Assembly: GCA_964652095.1 (NCBI GenBank)
Contig: CAZZAC010000001.1
Coordinates: 9,258 to 73,257 of the forward strand
Length of the DNA stretch: 64,000 nt
Origin: an uncultured Dehalococcoidales bacterium
Lineage (GTDB): Bacteria > Chloroflexota > Dehalococcoidia > GIF9 > AB-539-J10
Direction: 5' to 3'
A program made the translations under genes and the position numbers. Positions within the stretch are counted from its first letter, which is position 1; the number at the start of each line of letters is the position of its first letter. The notes under the pieces were generated by a model, which saw only the letters and a list, made by a program, of their open reading frames with translations, had not been told where the DNA came from and did not search any database. Positions 10,673 through 19,438 of the stretch are shown one piece after another.

Positions 10673-11473
10673 ATGGATTTCTTAGACATTGCGGGTAAGA
10701 CTGTTCTTGTTTTTGGGGTAGCTAACAAGAAGAGCGTCGCCTTCTCTATCGGAGAGGTTCTTTCCGAGGCCAAGGCGAATGTAATCTATAGTGTTCGATC
10801 AGCGGCAAGAAAAGAGAGCGTCTCCAAGATTCTTCCTGGTGCTGATATATACGTATGCGATGTGGAACAGGAGCCGGAGATTAAAAAACTGGCCGAGGGC
10901 ATCTCTAAAAAATGTCCCAAACTTCACGGCATCGTTCATTCCATCGCTTTTGCCAATTACGAAGGAAGACTTAAGCCATTTCACGAAACAAAAAGGAAAG
11001 ACTTCCTGCAGTCAATTGATATCTCCTGTTATTCCTTAATCGCTATTGCTAATGCGTTTAAAGACCTATTAGATGTGAAGGCATCTGTAGTCACCATATC
11101 CATCTCGACCACCAAGATGGCAGCCGAACCCTATGGTTTTATGGCGCCGGTAAAAGCTGCCCTGGACTCAACCCTGTGCTTCCTGGCTAAATCCTTCAGT
11201 TCTTTTTCCCAAATCCGATTTAATTCCGTGAATGCCGGACTGTTAAAAACCTCCTCATCGGCAGGGATACCCGGATACTTAGATTATTACCTCTTCGCAG
11301 AACAACTAACCCTACGCAAAAAAGCTCTGACCACTAAAGAAGTAGCTAATATCGTAGCGTTTCTTTTAAGCGAGCGGTCCAGTGGCATTAATGCCCAGGG
11401 CATCGTTGTAGATGCTGGAATGTCAATCAACTACTTTGATAAAGACATTATCAAGAAGGCAATAAGGTTTTAG
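10673..11473 (+). CDS. enoyl-ACP reductase (FabI-like SDR)
   Basis: 266 aa. N-terminal [16 protein letters not shown] resembles the FabI GVASxxSIAxGIA motif. Y-x6-K ([11 protein letters not shown]) catalytic pair. Confidence 0.7.
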   Translation: MDFLDIAGKTVLVFGVANKKSVAFSIGEVLSEAKANVIYSVRSAARKESVSKILPGADIYVCDVEQEPEIKKLAEGISKKCPKLHGIVHSIAFANYEGRLKPFHETKRKDFLQSIDISCYSLIAIANAFKDLLDVKASVVTISISTTKMAAEPYGFMAPVKAALDSTLCFLAKSFSSFSQIRFNSVNAGLLKTSSSAGIPGYLDYYLFAEQLTLRKKALTTKEVANIVAFLLSERSSGINAQGIVVDAGMSINYFDKDIIKKAIRF

Positions 11474-11480
11474 TAAGCCC

Positions 11481-12056
11481 ATGACTTTGTTTCCTGTAGT
11501 CATGCCAGTTATTGAAGCTGGACATAAACCCTCAGGGAAAGAAAAGGTAGACCATCTAAGCCGAATTGCTCGAGAGGCGCTAAAGGTGAGTGCCGAAAGA
11601 AGCCGAGTGAGGCTTGGAGAACTGCTCAAGGACGGAAAGGGTGTACCATGTCCAGTTGCTGGCATTTATTGGTCTATCTCCCATAAACCTAAATACGTGG
11701 CGGCAGTGGTTAGCGAGGATAAGGTCGGGATCGATATTGAAGAAATGAAGCCCCGGGCTGAATCACTCTTTGCTCATGTGGCGAGTGACGAGGAATGGGA
11801 GCTACAGGAGAAATCCTGGGTTGCCTTTTTCCGCTATTGGACGGCGAAAGAAGCCGCTCTGAAGGTTATCGAAATTGGCATAAGCGGATTAAAGACCTGC
11901 CGGATAATCTCAGTCCCCGATGAGAATCATATTACTCTGGACTATAAGGGGCAATTTTTTCTGGTGGAGCAACTACGATACAAGAACCATATTATTTCCG
12001 TCCTCAAAGACGACAACGAAATTGATTGGATAATTCTGGAAGACTTTAAACCCTGA
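11481..12056 (+). CDS. 4'-phosphopantetheinyl transferase (Sfp/EntD-type)
   Basis: 191 aa. ISHKPKYVAAVVS, GIDIEE, WTAKEAALK motifs. Starts 8 nt after the FabI-like stop, and would activate the cluster ACP. Confidence 0.75.
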   Translation: MTLFPVVMPVIEAGHKPSGKEKVDHLSRIAREALKVSAERSRVRLGELLKDGKGVPCPVAGIYWSISHKPKYVAAVVSEDKVGIDIEEMKPRAESLFAHVASDEEWELQEKSWVAFFRYWTAKEAALKVIEIGISGLKTCRIISVPDENHITLDYKGQFFLVEQLRYKNHIISVLKDDNEIDWIILEDFKP

Positions 12057-12136
12057 GCTCTAGAGCCTAAACAAATTCAAAAGCCCAATTCAAAGTGGTA
12101 GGTCACTAGATATTTTTAGTGTTTCGAACTTTATAT

Positions 12137-15100
12137 TTAGGATCTAACTGCGCAGTATCTCTCAGTGTACAGTTTCGCCTGATGTATAAAGGCCTCTATT
12201 CTTGTCTCTGCGTTGGTTTGCTTGAGCCCATCGTATATCATATTGAGCACAGGAATGCGGTTGTGCTCCCTTTGTATCCCTCTATAAATAGCAGTGGATA
12301 CAGTCCCATAAAGGCAATTTAAAATGACGAGATTAGCTATACCACTGCAGCCCTGCATAGCATAATTTTTCGCCTTAGCCACATTTACAGTTACTACTGG
12401 GTCTATATCATCACTTACATAAGGAGCGGCAAGCGTAACCACATCCTCAACCCTGGGGATCCTGCAATCTCGAAGCTCGTCTTTCATCATTCCCTCAATC
12501 TTTCCCTTCCAGTACATAAACGGAAACCTTCTAAGATAGTAATAAAGGGCAGAGAGATATTTTCTGCTAGAGAAGTGAGTCTCCGGATATACCTCATTAA
12601 AATATACTAAGTAATCTGTAGTAGTCGGCCCAAGCCTCACTTCAGCACCCAGTGACTCAAACTCTCTGATTATATCGTTGTTAGACCAGGAGTTCATACA
12701 GGTATAGAACTCTCCCACGATACCTATAATTGGTCTATCTTCATTCTTAGTTGGAATCTCGTCCATAGCTGCTATTGAGCGATTTAAAGCCTGCCAAAAT
12801 TTCCCGTTGATAATTCCAGAGGCTATCTCCTCTATGGCTTGTGCATAAACCCTGTCACTCTCCCCTTTATTTACTTCATAAGGGCGAATATGAAGTAACT
12901 TCTTTAATAAGACATCCGTAGCTAGCCAACCCTTCCAGACAGCCTCCGCCCACTTTAATCCAAATAATTCGGTGCATTCATCATGGCGGATAGAGGCAAC
13001 CGGGGCAACTATAGGGATATGCCCCAAACCTAATCTCTTGAGAACCAATTTCTGAGACAAGGCATATTGACTCAACCTGCATGAACCATCGAAGTTAAGC
13101 ATCATAAATGCTGCCCTATCCGGATCAAAATCTTCAAGTTGGGTCATCTTGACTAAATCCCCTGTGGTGAGTAAATAGGGATGACATTCCTTGCCAGAGA
13201 CGTATCTTCTTCCTATCTCCTCCGATAATTCATCAGGCTCGGGCAAAACCCGGGCATCTAGACCCACGGAGTTGAGAGCAGCAGCCCAAATAACGGAGTG
13301 CCCAGAAACATAGGGGATATAAAAGGTTTTATCCAGTTTCCTAAGCCTCTTTGTTGGTTTGAAGATACTTATCCCACCAGAGGGTCTAATCACACTGAGG
13401 TCTTCTTGCCTTTCCTCCTTTACCCGCGTTTTCGGTCTACCAAGGGTATCAAGAAAGGCCTCAACCCTGGTGGTCATTCCAGCATCACCGCTGTGCTCAT
13501 CTACCTCCAGAAGTAGATAAGGATCCTCTTCCATGGTTTCCTCAAGATACTTCCAGAAGAAAGCATCAGGACCGCAGCCATAATTGGTGATCATTATAGG
13601 ATTCAAGCTGGGGTTATTCTTAGCTATCATCGCTGCCCGCAGAAGATTTTGTTCATTCTTCCAAACCAAGTTGGAGTAATGAGGTGGCAGCTCAACCCTA
13701 TCCAGCGGCAGTAGGTCAAATGGTATGGCCAGCATTCCTAGATGTCGCAACTTCTTGGCAATATTTAGATTCAGCGCCAAATCATGAACATTGTAAGGCT
13801 TTCCTATTACCACCACGGCTTCATTATCCTTCGTAAGGGTCTTAAGTATCTCTTGACCCCTTTCTCGACGAATCCTTTCGAATTCGTCTTGAGCCTTAAC
13901 CGCAGCGGTTATGGCTGAGGCAATTTCCCCCGTTTCTTTTCCGAATTCCCTGCCTATCTTCTTCATTTCCCTCTTCAGGTTCTCTTTTTCCTTTGCCATA
14001 AATATGCTAGGACTTATGATTTTTGCTCTATCTTTAAAAGCAGGTCTAAGCATGAAGGGGATACCCTGAATCAAGGGGCAGTTGTAACTCCTGGCTACAT
14101 CATCACTATCCTTCTCCAGGTCAATAATGCTGGGCAGGAATATACGGTCAACACCTTTTTCAATGAGATTTGCTACATGCCCATAGGCAATCTTCACCGG
14201 ATAGCAGGCTTCAGCTAAAACCTCTTGAAGTCCCTTATGAATGAGCCTCCTATTAGTTTTATCGGACAGCACCACTTTAACTCCCAACTCCCCAAAAAAC
14301 GCAGCCCACAATGGAAACTGCTCAAAGAACATGAGCACTCGTGGAATGCCTATTACCGGAGAATTCGGGGCAAATTCATCCTCCTTATAATAGTTCATAA
14401 GCATTTCCTCTCGCTCTTTAAAGAGATCGGGAAGAACCTGGTCAGCGGTTTTTTCGCCTTTCAGCTCATATCTATCACAAATACCACCGTAAAAGGATTT
14501 GAATTCGCCTCCGATGGATATCTTTTTTATGTCGCAGTGGTTGGGGCAATGCTGGCATTCAAAGGATTTGACCTCATATTCCCGGTCTGTGAGGTCAAAC
14601 CCGACAAAATCGCTTTTCCCATCCCCATGTCTCCTCTCCATGGCAATCAACGCAGCACCTATGGCACCGGTTACATTGTAGTTCTGCGGAACCGTAATCT
14701 TCTTCCCCAAAATATTTTCGAAGGCAGCCACTACACTCTCATTTCCGGCAACGCCTCCCTGAAAACATATCCTCTCGCCAATTTTCTTATTCCCTACCAC
14801 CTTTTCAATGTAATTATTGGCAATAGAGTAGGAAAGCCCCGCTAAGAGATCGACTTTCGGTGAACCTACCTGCTGGTGGTGTATTAAATCAGATTCCATA
14901 AAAACAGTGCACCGGGTCCCCAAATCAACAGGAGCTTTCGAGCTAAGAGCAAGCTTGCTAAACTCCTCCTCAATATTTATGTCCAATCTATCAGCCTGTT
15001 CCTGGAGAAAGGAGCCAGTTCCTGCAGCACAAACCTTGTTCATCTCAAAATCTACCACTGCGCCATTCTTCAGGCGGATATATTTTGAATCCTGCCCCCC

Positions 15101-16381
15101 TATTTCAAATATGGTGTCTACGGTCTCATCGATATCCAGTGTGGCCTTAGCCTGAGCAGTGATCTCATTAACTACTACATCAGCGCCGATGAAGTCCCCT
15201 GTAGAATAACGTGCACTGCCAGTGGTCGCCACAGCTTGGACTTCAATAAGGTCCTTTATTTCATGACCTATGTCTTTTAATCCTTTCTTAACTGACTCAA
15301 TGGGATTGCCCTCGGTCATGAGATACTTCATCGCCAGCAGCTTCTTGTTTTCATCCAGAATAACGATATTTGTACTAACAGCGCCAACATCAACCCCTAT
15401 ATACACCTTATTCTTTTGTTGCTTTCTAAGAATAGGACACTCATCCAATGGAGTAGAACCATCCCCGTTATAAATCAATCTCCTTAAATGCCCTACCTCA
15501 GCTTCACTGGCCTTTTTAGCTAAATAGCGCCTCAAGACCTCCGTTGCTACTTGAAGTCTGATAGGTGTGTCACTTTGTCTCTCCGAGGCCGTGATTGCCG
15601 CTCCGAAGGCTCCCATGACCTTAAAATACTCGGGAATAATCAATTCCCCAGGCTTGAGTTCTAGCAGTTCTTCAAAAGCCTTAGCCACCCCTTTATTGGC
15701 AGCGACGCCACCTTGAAAGGCTACTGGCTTTACGAATCTCCTCCCTTTACCTAAATTGCTTATGTAATTTCTAGCCAAGGCATAACAAAGCCCAGCTATT
15801 ATTTCTTCCTGTGATGTCCCCTCTTGCTGCAAATGGACCATGTCAGATTTGGCAAAGACACTGCACCTGCCCGCAATGGTAGCCGGCTTTTCAGCTCTCG
15901 TGGCTAAACTGCTGAACTCATCTATGGAAATCCCCAGACGATATGCCTGTTGATCAAGGAAAGAGCCAGTTCCCGCAGCGCATATCTCATTAAGGGCATG
16001 GTCAACGATGACTGTCCTTCTACTTTTTTCATCCCACTCCAGGAAAATCAGCTTTGAGTCCTGCCCTCCAATCTCGATAACTGTCCTAACCTCAGGATGG
16101 AAGTATGCGACAGCCTTTGCCTGAGTAATAATTTCATTTTCTTTATCTACACCCATGACATCAGCTATAAGGTTACGTCCGCTGCCCGTGCATACAGCCC
16201 CACATAGTTCAGGAAAATCTTTTTCGAGACCCTCAAAAACATCAATTAATACTGGAATAGGTTGCCCCCTTGTCCTCTCATAGACGCTTTCGAGGAGTCG
16301 GAGTTTCTCATCAATTACAGCTATGTTTAAGCTGACCGAGCCTATATCTATTCCCATAAAGGTTTTGCTTTGGCTTGTCAT
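12137..16381 (-). CDS. giant fusion protein: two BadF/BadG/BcrA/BcrD-type (HgdC-like) ATPase activase domains plus a C-terminal 2-hydroxyacyl-CoA dehydratase D-component-like (HgdB-like/DUF2229) region
   Basis: ORF 12137..16459. Two actin-fold ATPase modules (FMGIDIGSVSLNIAVID..., VYIGVDVGAVSTNIVILD...) are followed by a Cys-containing dehydratase-like region (CQHCPNHCD...). Start placed at Met27 (16381) because it forms an ATGA overlap with the stop of the upstream SRPBCC gene. Confidence 0.8.
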   Translation of the reverse strand: MTSQSKTFMGIDIGSVSLNIAVIDEKLRLLESVYERTRGQPIPVLIDVFEGLEKDFPELCGAVCTGSGRNLIADVMGVDKENEIITQAKAVAYFHPEVRTVIEIGGQDSKLIFLEWDEKSRRTVIVDHALNEICAAGTGSFLDQQAYRLGISIDEFSSLATRAEKPATIAGRCSVFAKSDMVHLQQEGTSQEEIIAGLCYALARNYISNLGKGRRFVKPVAFQGGVAANKGVAKAFEELLELKPGELIIPEYFKVMGAFGAAITASERQSDTPIRLQVATEVLRRYLAKKASEAEVGHLRRLIYNGDGSTPLDECPILRKQQKNKVYIGVDVGAVSTNIVILDENKKLLAMKYLMTEGNPIESVKKGLKDIGHEIKDLIEVQAVATTGSARYSTGDFIGADVVVNEITAQAKATLDIDETVDTIFEIGGQDSKYIRLKNGAVVDFEMNKVCAAGTGSFLQEQADRLDINIEEEFSKLALSSKAPVDLGTRCTVFMESDLIHHQQVGSPKVDLLAGLSYSIANNYIEKVVGNKKIGERICFQGGVAGNESVVAAFENILGKKITVPQNYNVTGAIGAALIAMERRHGDGKSDFVGFDLTDREYEVKSFECQHCPNHCDIKKISIGGEFKSFYGGICDRYELKGEKTADQVLPDLFKEREEMLMNYYKEDEFAPNSPVIGIPRVLMFFEQFPLWAAFFGELGVKVVLSDKTNRRLIHKGLQEVLAEACYPVKIAYGHVANLIEKGVDRIFLPSIIDLEKDSDDVARSYNCPLIQGIPFMLRPAFKDRAKIISPSIFMAKEKENLKREMKKIGREFGKETGEIASAITAAVKAQDEFERIRRERGQEILKTLTKDNEAVVVIGKPYNVHDLALNLNIAKKLRHLGMLAIPFDLLPLDRVELPPHYSNLVWKNEQNLLRAAMIAKNNPSLNPIMITNYGCGPDAFFWKYLEETMEEDPYLLLEVDEHSGDAGMTTRVEAFLDTLGRPKTRVKEERQEDLSVIRPSGGISIFKPTKRLRKLDKTFYIPYVSGHSVIWAAALNSVGLDARVLPEPDELSEEIGRRYVSGKECHPYLLTTGDLVKMTQLEDFDPDRAAFMMLNFDGSCRLSQYALSQKLVLKRLGLGHIPIVAPVASIRHDECTELFGLKWAEAVWKGWLATDVLLKKLLHIRPYEVNKGESDRVYAQAIEEIASGIINGKFWQALNRSIAAMDEIPTKNEDRPIIGIVGEFYTCMNSWSNNDIIREFESLGAEVRLGPTTTDYLVYFNEVYPETHFSSRKYLSALYYYLRRFPFMYWKGKIEGMMKDELRDCRIPRVEDVVTLAAPYVSDDIDPVVTVNVAKAKNYAMQGCSGIANLVILNCLYGTVSTAIYRGIQREHNRIPVLNMIYDGLKQTNAETRIEAFIHQAKLYTERYCAVRS

Positions 16382-16797
16382 TCCGATCCCTCGATCCTTG
16401 TTTTCACTGCCAGCGCAATCTCGGCTGAGACCTCTTGCCCACCGCGGCGCGCCAGCCAAGCTAAAGCCCCTGAAACGTCGCCGCCAATGGTAACCTTCGT
16501 CTTGCCATTTACAGGTTCCAGAGTGTAGAAGCGTGTCAAATTGGTGCCCAGGGCTTTTCCTTGCATGACCACATTCCGCTCTGGGACAAACTCGGTAATC
16601 GTCATCAATAATTTAACCGTAAGCCTGCTTACCTTAGCTGTGACAGAAAGCTGCGAGCCTACTGTCAAAGGCCCCTTAGAGAGCCTCTCAATCTTCTTGA
16701 TGGACGGCATCCATTGGGGCCACTCTTCAAGCTTGTCTACCAGCGCCCAGACTTTCTCGGCAGGGGCATTAATGTCGATGCTACTCTCAAACCTCAT
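16378..16797 (-). CDS. SRPBCC (Bet v1/START-like, polyketide cyclase/dehydrase family) protein
   Basis: 139 aa. N-terminus INAPAEKVWALVDKLEEWPQWMP is typical of SRPBCC ligand-binding proteins. Stop overlaps the start of the giant fusion gene (translational coupling). Confidence 0.7.
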   Translation of the reverse strand: MRFESSIDINAPAEKVWALVDKLEEWPQWMPSIKKIERLSKGPLTVGSQLSVTAKVSRLTVKLLMTITEFVPERNVVMQGKALGTNLTRFYTLEPVNGKTKVTIGGDVSGALAWLARRGGQEVSAEIALAVKTRIEGSE

Positions 16798-17040
16798 GCC
16801 CGTCGAACTCCTCCTTCACGTAGTATCCTACAAAGATATTATACATCATTATACAATCTAAGAGATTAGCCCAATAAGTGTATCCTCTACGTCTCTCTAA
16901 TTCATCAGAGCAGTGAAAGCGTGCCGGGGTGAAATTGGGCACATCGTACTTTTCTTGAGGCTAGATTGTCACCAGTGATAAAATAAGTCTTAAATGGTAC
17001 CTCAAAATCGGCCTAGTATCCTGTGAAACTCAATCGGCAC

Positions 17041-17973
17041 ATGAGCTTCAGTAGATCTGATATCATCCGACCTCCAAGTGAATGGAAAAGCTATTTTCTC
17101 CCTTTAACCAGCGGGTGCTCCAACAACACCTGCACTTTCTGTGGATACTATGGCTCGAAGCTTCAAATACGAGATGTCGATGACATCAAGAGTGAAATAG
17201 ATGCCGTAGCCTTATTCACTCGGAGTGGCATTCAAATTCCTGACGTTTCTGAGGTGGTATATGCCGTGGCTCAAGGTTGGGATGGCAAGAGGATATTTCT
17301 CCAGGATGGCGATGCCCTTGTTTACCCCTTCCCTAAATTAAGGGAGGTTCTCCAGTACTTGAATGAGAAACTGCCCGGTGTCGAAAGGATTGGTACATAT
17401 GCCACGCCACAGGATATCTTGCGCAGGAACTCCGATGAACTTAAGGAATTAAGACAGCTCAAGTTAGGTATTTTTTATACAGGGCTCGAGACCGGTGATG
17501 ATGAACTGCTCCAGAAGATAGATAAAGGGGTAAGTTCACATCAGATAGTCGAGGCGGGAAAGAAAGTGAAGGAAGCCGGGATAAGCTTTTCTGTGACGAT
17601 AATTTTAGGACTTGACGGTATCGAGGGAAGCAAGGAACACGTGCTTGAGACAGCTAAGGTGCTCACTGAGATTGACCCGGATTATGTCGGAGCTTTGACT
17701 TTGACCCTCGTCCCCGATACCCCGCTCTATGAGCGGTGGGAACGGAATGAATTCCATCCTCTTTCTCCTTTCCAATCCTTGGAGGAACTGAGGTTAATTA
17801 TAGAGAATTCCAACTTTACCAATTGCTTCTTTAGCTCAATGCATGCCTCAAACTATCTTTCCGTCCGCGGCAAGTTGCCGCAGGATAGAGAGAGGATGCT
17901 TAAGGAACTAAAAGTAGTTTTGGCAGCAAGAGACCCCTCTCTACTCAGGCCTGAATTTCTCAGAGGTCTATGA
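17041..17973 (+). CDS. radical SAM family protein (non-canonical CX4CX2C cluster motif)
   Basis: ORF 17023..17973. Motif GCSNNTCTFCGY occurs near the N-terminus where the CxxxCxxC motif normally sits. Start taken at MSFSRSD. Divergent from the SRPBCC/fusion operon. Confidence 0.65.
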   Translation: MSFSRSDIIRPPSEWKSYFLPLTSGCSNNTCTFCGYYGSKLQIRDVDDIKSEIDAVALFTRSGIQIPDVSEVVYAVAQGWDGKRIFLQDGDALVYPFPKLREVLQYLNEKLPGVERIGTYATPQDILRRNSDELKELRQLKLGIFYTGLETGDDELLQKIDKGVSSHQIVEAGKKVKEAGISFSVTIILGLDGIEGSKEHVLETAKVLTEIDPDYVGALTLTLVPDTPLYERWERNEFHPLSPFQSLEELRLIIENSNFTNCFFSSMHASNYLSVRGKLPQDRERMLKELKVVLAARDPSLLRPEFLRGL

Positions 17974-18106
17974 CTTTGACGGCACCAATAGTAGATTTCC
18001 TGGAAAGTCTAACAAAGAGAGCAGGTAGTATGTTATTCACACAATCTGGCTTTCTGTGTAGCAACATTACGATGTCCGGTGCAATTAATCTACTGTAGGA
18101 ATAAAT

Positions 18107-19048
18107 TCAATAAACTACTATGTACTTGCCTTCTGCTGCCCCTAGTCCGTGCTTTAATGCGGTAGCAATTTGTGGTAGTTCCCAAGGATTGGCAGGGATC
18201 TTATTAGAAGCCCGGTAATCTAAGAGCACCTTCATTGCCTCGACATCGATAGCAATAAGGTCACCAGAAGCCAGCACTAAGCCTGGCTCGACCAATTGGC
18301 CCTTATCCGGTCCGCCAGATACGAAGGCTTTCCTGCCATCCATGACGATGAGATCGGGCTGCCAACAAAGACTTATTTCAGCCAACTTCTCCTGCAAATG
18401 ACCAAGGTGAAAACTACGCCGTTGCCCAGGAGCAACAAAGCCGAAAGCAAGTTTAATTGCACCAGAAAATGCACCAAGGTTGTGAGTCTTCATGCATGGC
18501 AGATAAACCATCTTGTCAGCTTCATAAGCGGAGCGAGGCATTATAACTTTGCTTAAATAATCTCCATTGATCCTGATCTGTACCCAATCATTAGGCCTAT
18601 CTTCAAAAGCAATAAGTTCAACACCTAGCCTTTGAACTAACTCGGGGACACCGAGTTGATTGAAGACTTTTCTAGTTGGCCGCCAAACGCCACCAGAGCT
18701 CTCACCAATGGTGACTTCAGCCCCAGTTTCCAGGATAAGTTCAATCACGACTTGAAGAAATGCCAAGTCAGTAGCTGCTGGGAACGGGTCTGGGCTGTTG
18801 AAATTTGGTTTTACAAGAACTCGGTCACCCCTACCAATGGTTTGTTTTAAATTGCCCATTGATGCAATAGCTTGGCCAATAGCTAACCGAATATCTCCTT
18901 TTGCTTTCATTTTGGCTACGACTGGCTGGTTATTCCTGAGCCACGGGTTACTCCTTCGTGGCTTTGGCTCTACACATGGAATACCCCTTGGTATCCTGTC
19001 GCCTAGAAAGTGATACACTCCAACAACTCTATCAAAGAGAACCGCCAT
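18107..19048 (-). CDS. DUF362 domain-containing protein
   Basis: 313 aa. Family-level resemblance only (VLVKPNFNSP..., IVMDGRKAFVSGGP). Confidence 0.6.
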   Translation of the reverse strand: MAVLFDRVVGVYHFLGDRIPRGIPCVEPKPRRSNPWLRNNQPVVAKMKAKGDIRLAIGQAIASMGNLKQTIGRGDRVLVKPNFNSPDPFPAATDLAFLQVVIELILETGAEVTIGESSGGVWRPTRKVFNQLGVPELVQRLGVELIAFEDRPNDWVQIRINGDYLSKVIMPRSAYEADKMVYLPCMKTHNLGAFSGAIKLAFGFVAPGQRRSFHLGHLQEKLAEISLCWQPDLIVMDGRKAFVSGGPDKGQLVEPGLVLASGDLIAIDVEAMKVLLDYRASNKIPANPWELPQIATALKHGLGAAEGKYIVVY

Positions 19049-19438
19049 ATGACATCCGAAGCAGACTCAGATATTTCGCAATCTTCGAATAGTCTGCCAA
19101 ATTCATTATGCAGCAATCATTAATCTCTGTCCAGCCTTCTATAAATCCTAAGGCGGCTATTTATTTCTTGGAACCTAATAAACTGTGGGCTCTCTTAACA
19201 ATATGGCTCAAAGTTCAATCGACTATGATGATATGGAAATTTTTGTAGCTATTGATTAGTCTACGGTATGAGAGTATGATTTGTAGTTAAGCTACAGACT
19301 ATGTATTCGAGGAATAACCCGAAGGATCATTAAATTAACAAAATTCCAATCCGCGCATGGCTATTGCGAAAATACTACTTATTTCAAAGATTGTGTTACT
19401 GTTACTCTGAAACCGTGAGATTGGGAGCGAGCTAAAAA

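Noticed and set aside
12057-12136. Possible bidirectional terminator between the convergent PPTase and giant fusion genes
   Set aside because: I could find no stable GC-rich hairpin followed by a T-tract in the 80-bp gap.
14225-14845. 206-aa plus-strand ORF inside the giant fusion gene
   Set aside because: It is antisense to a well-supported 1414-aa ORF, has no motifs, and has an odd composition.
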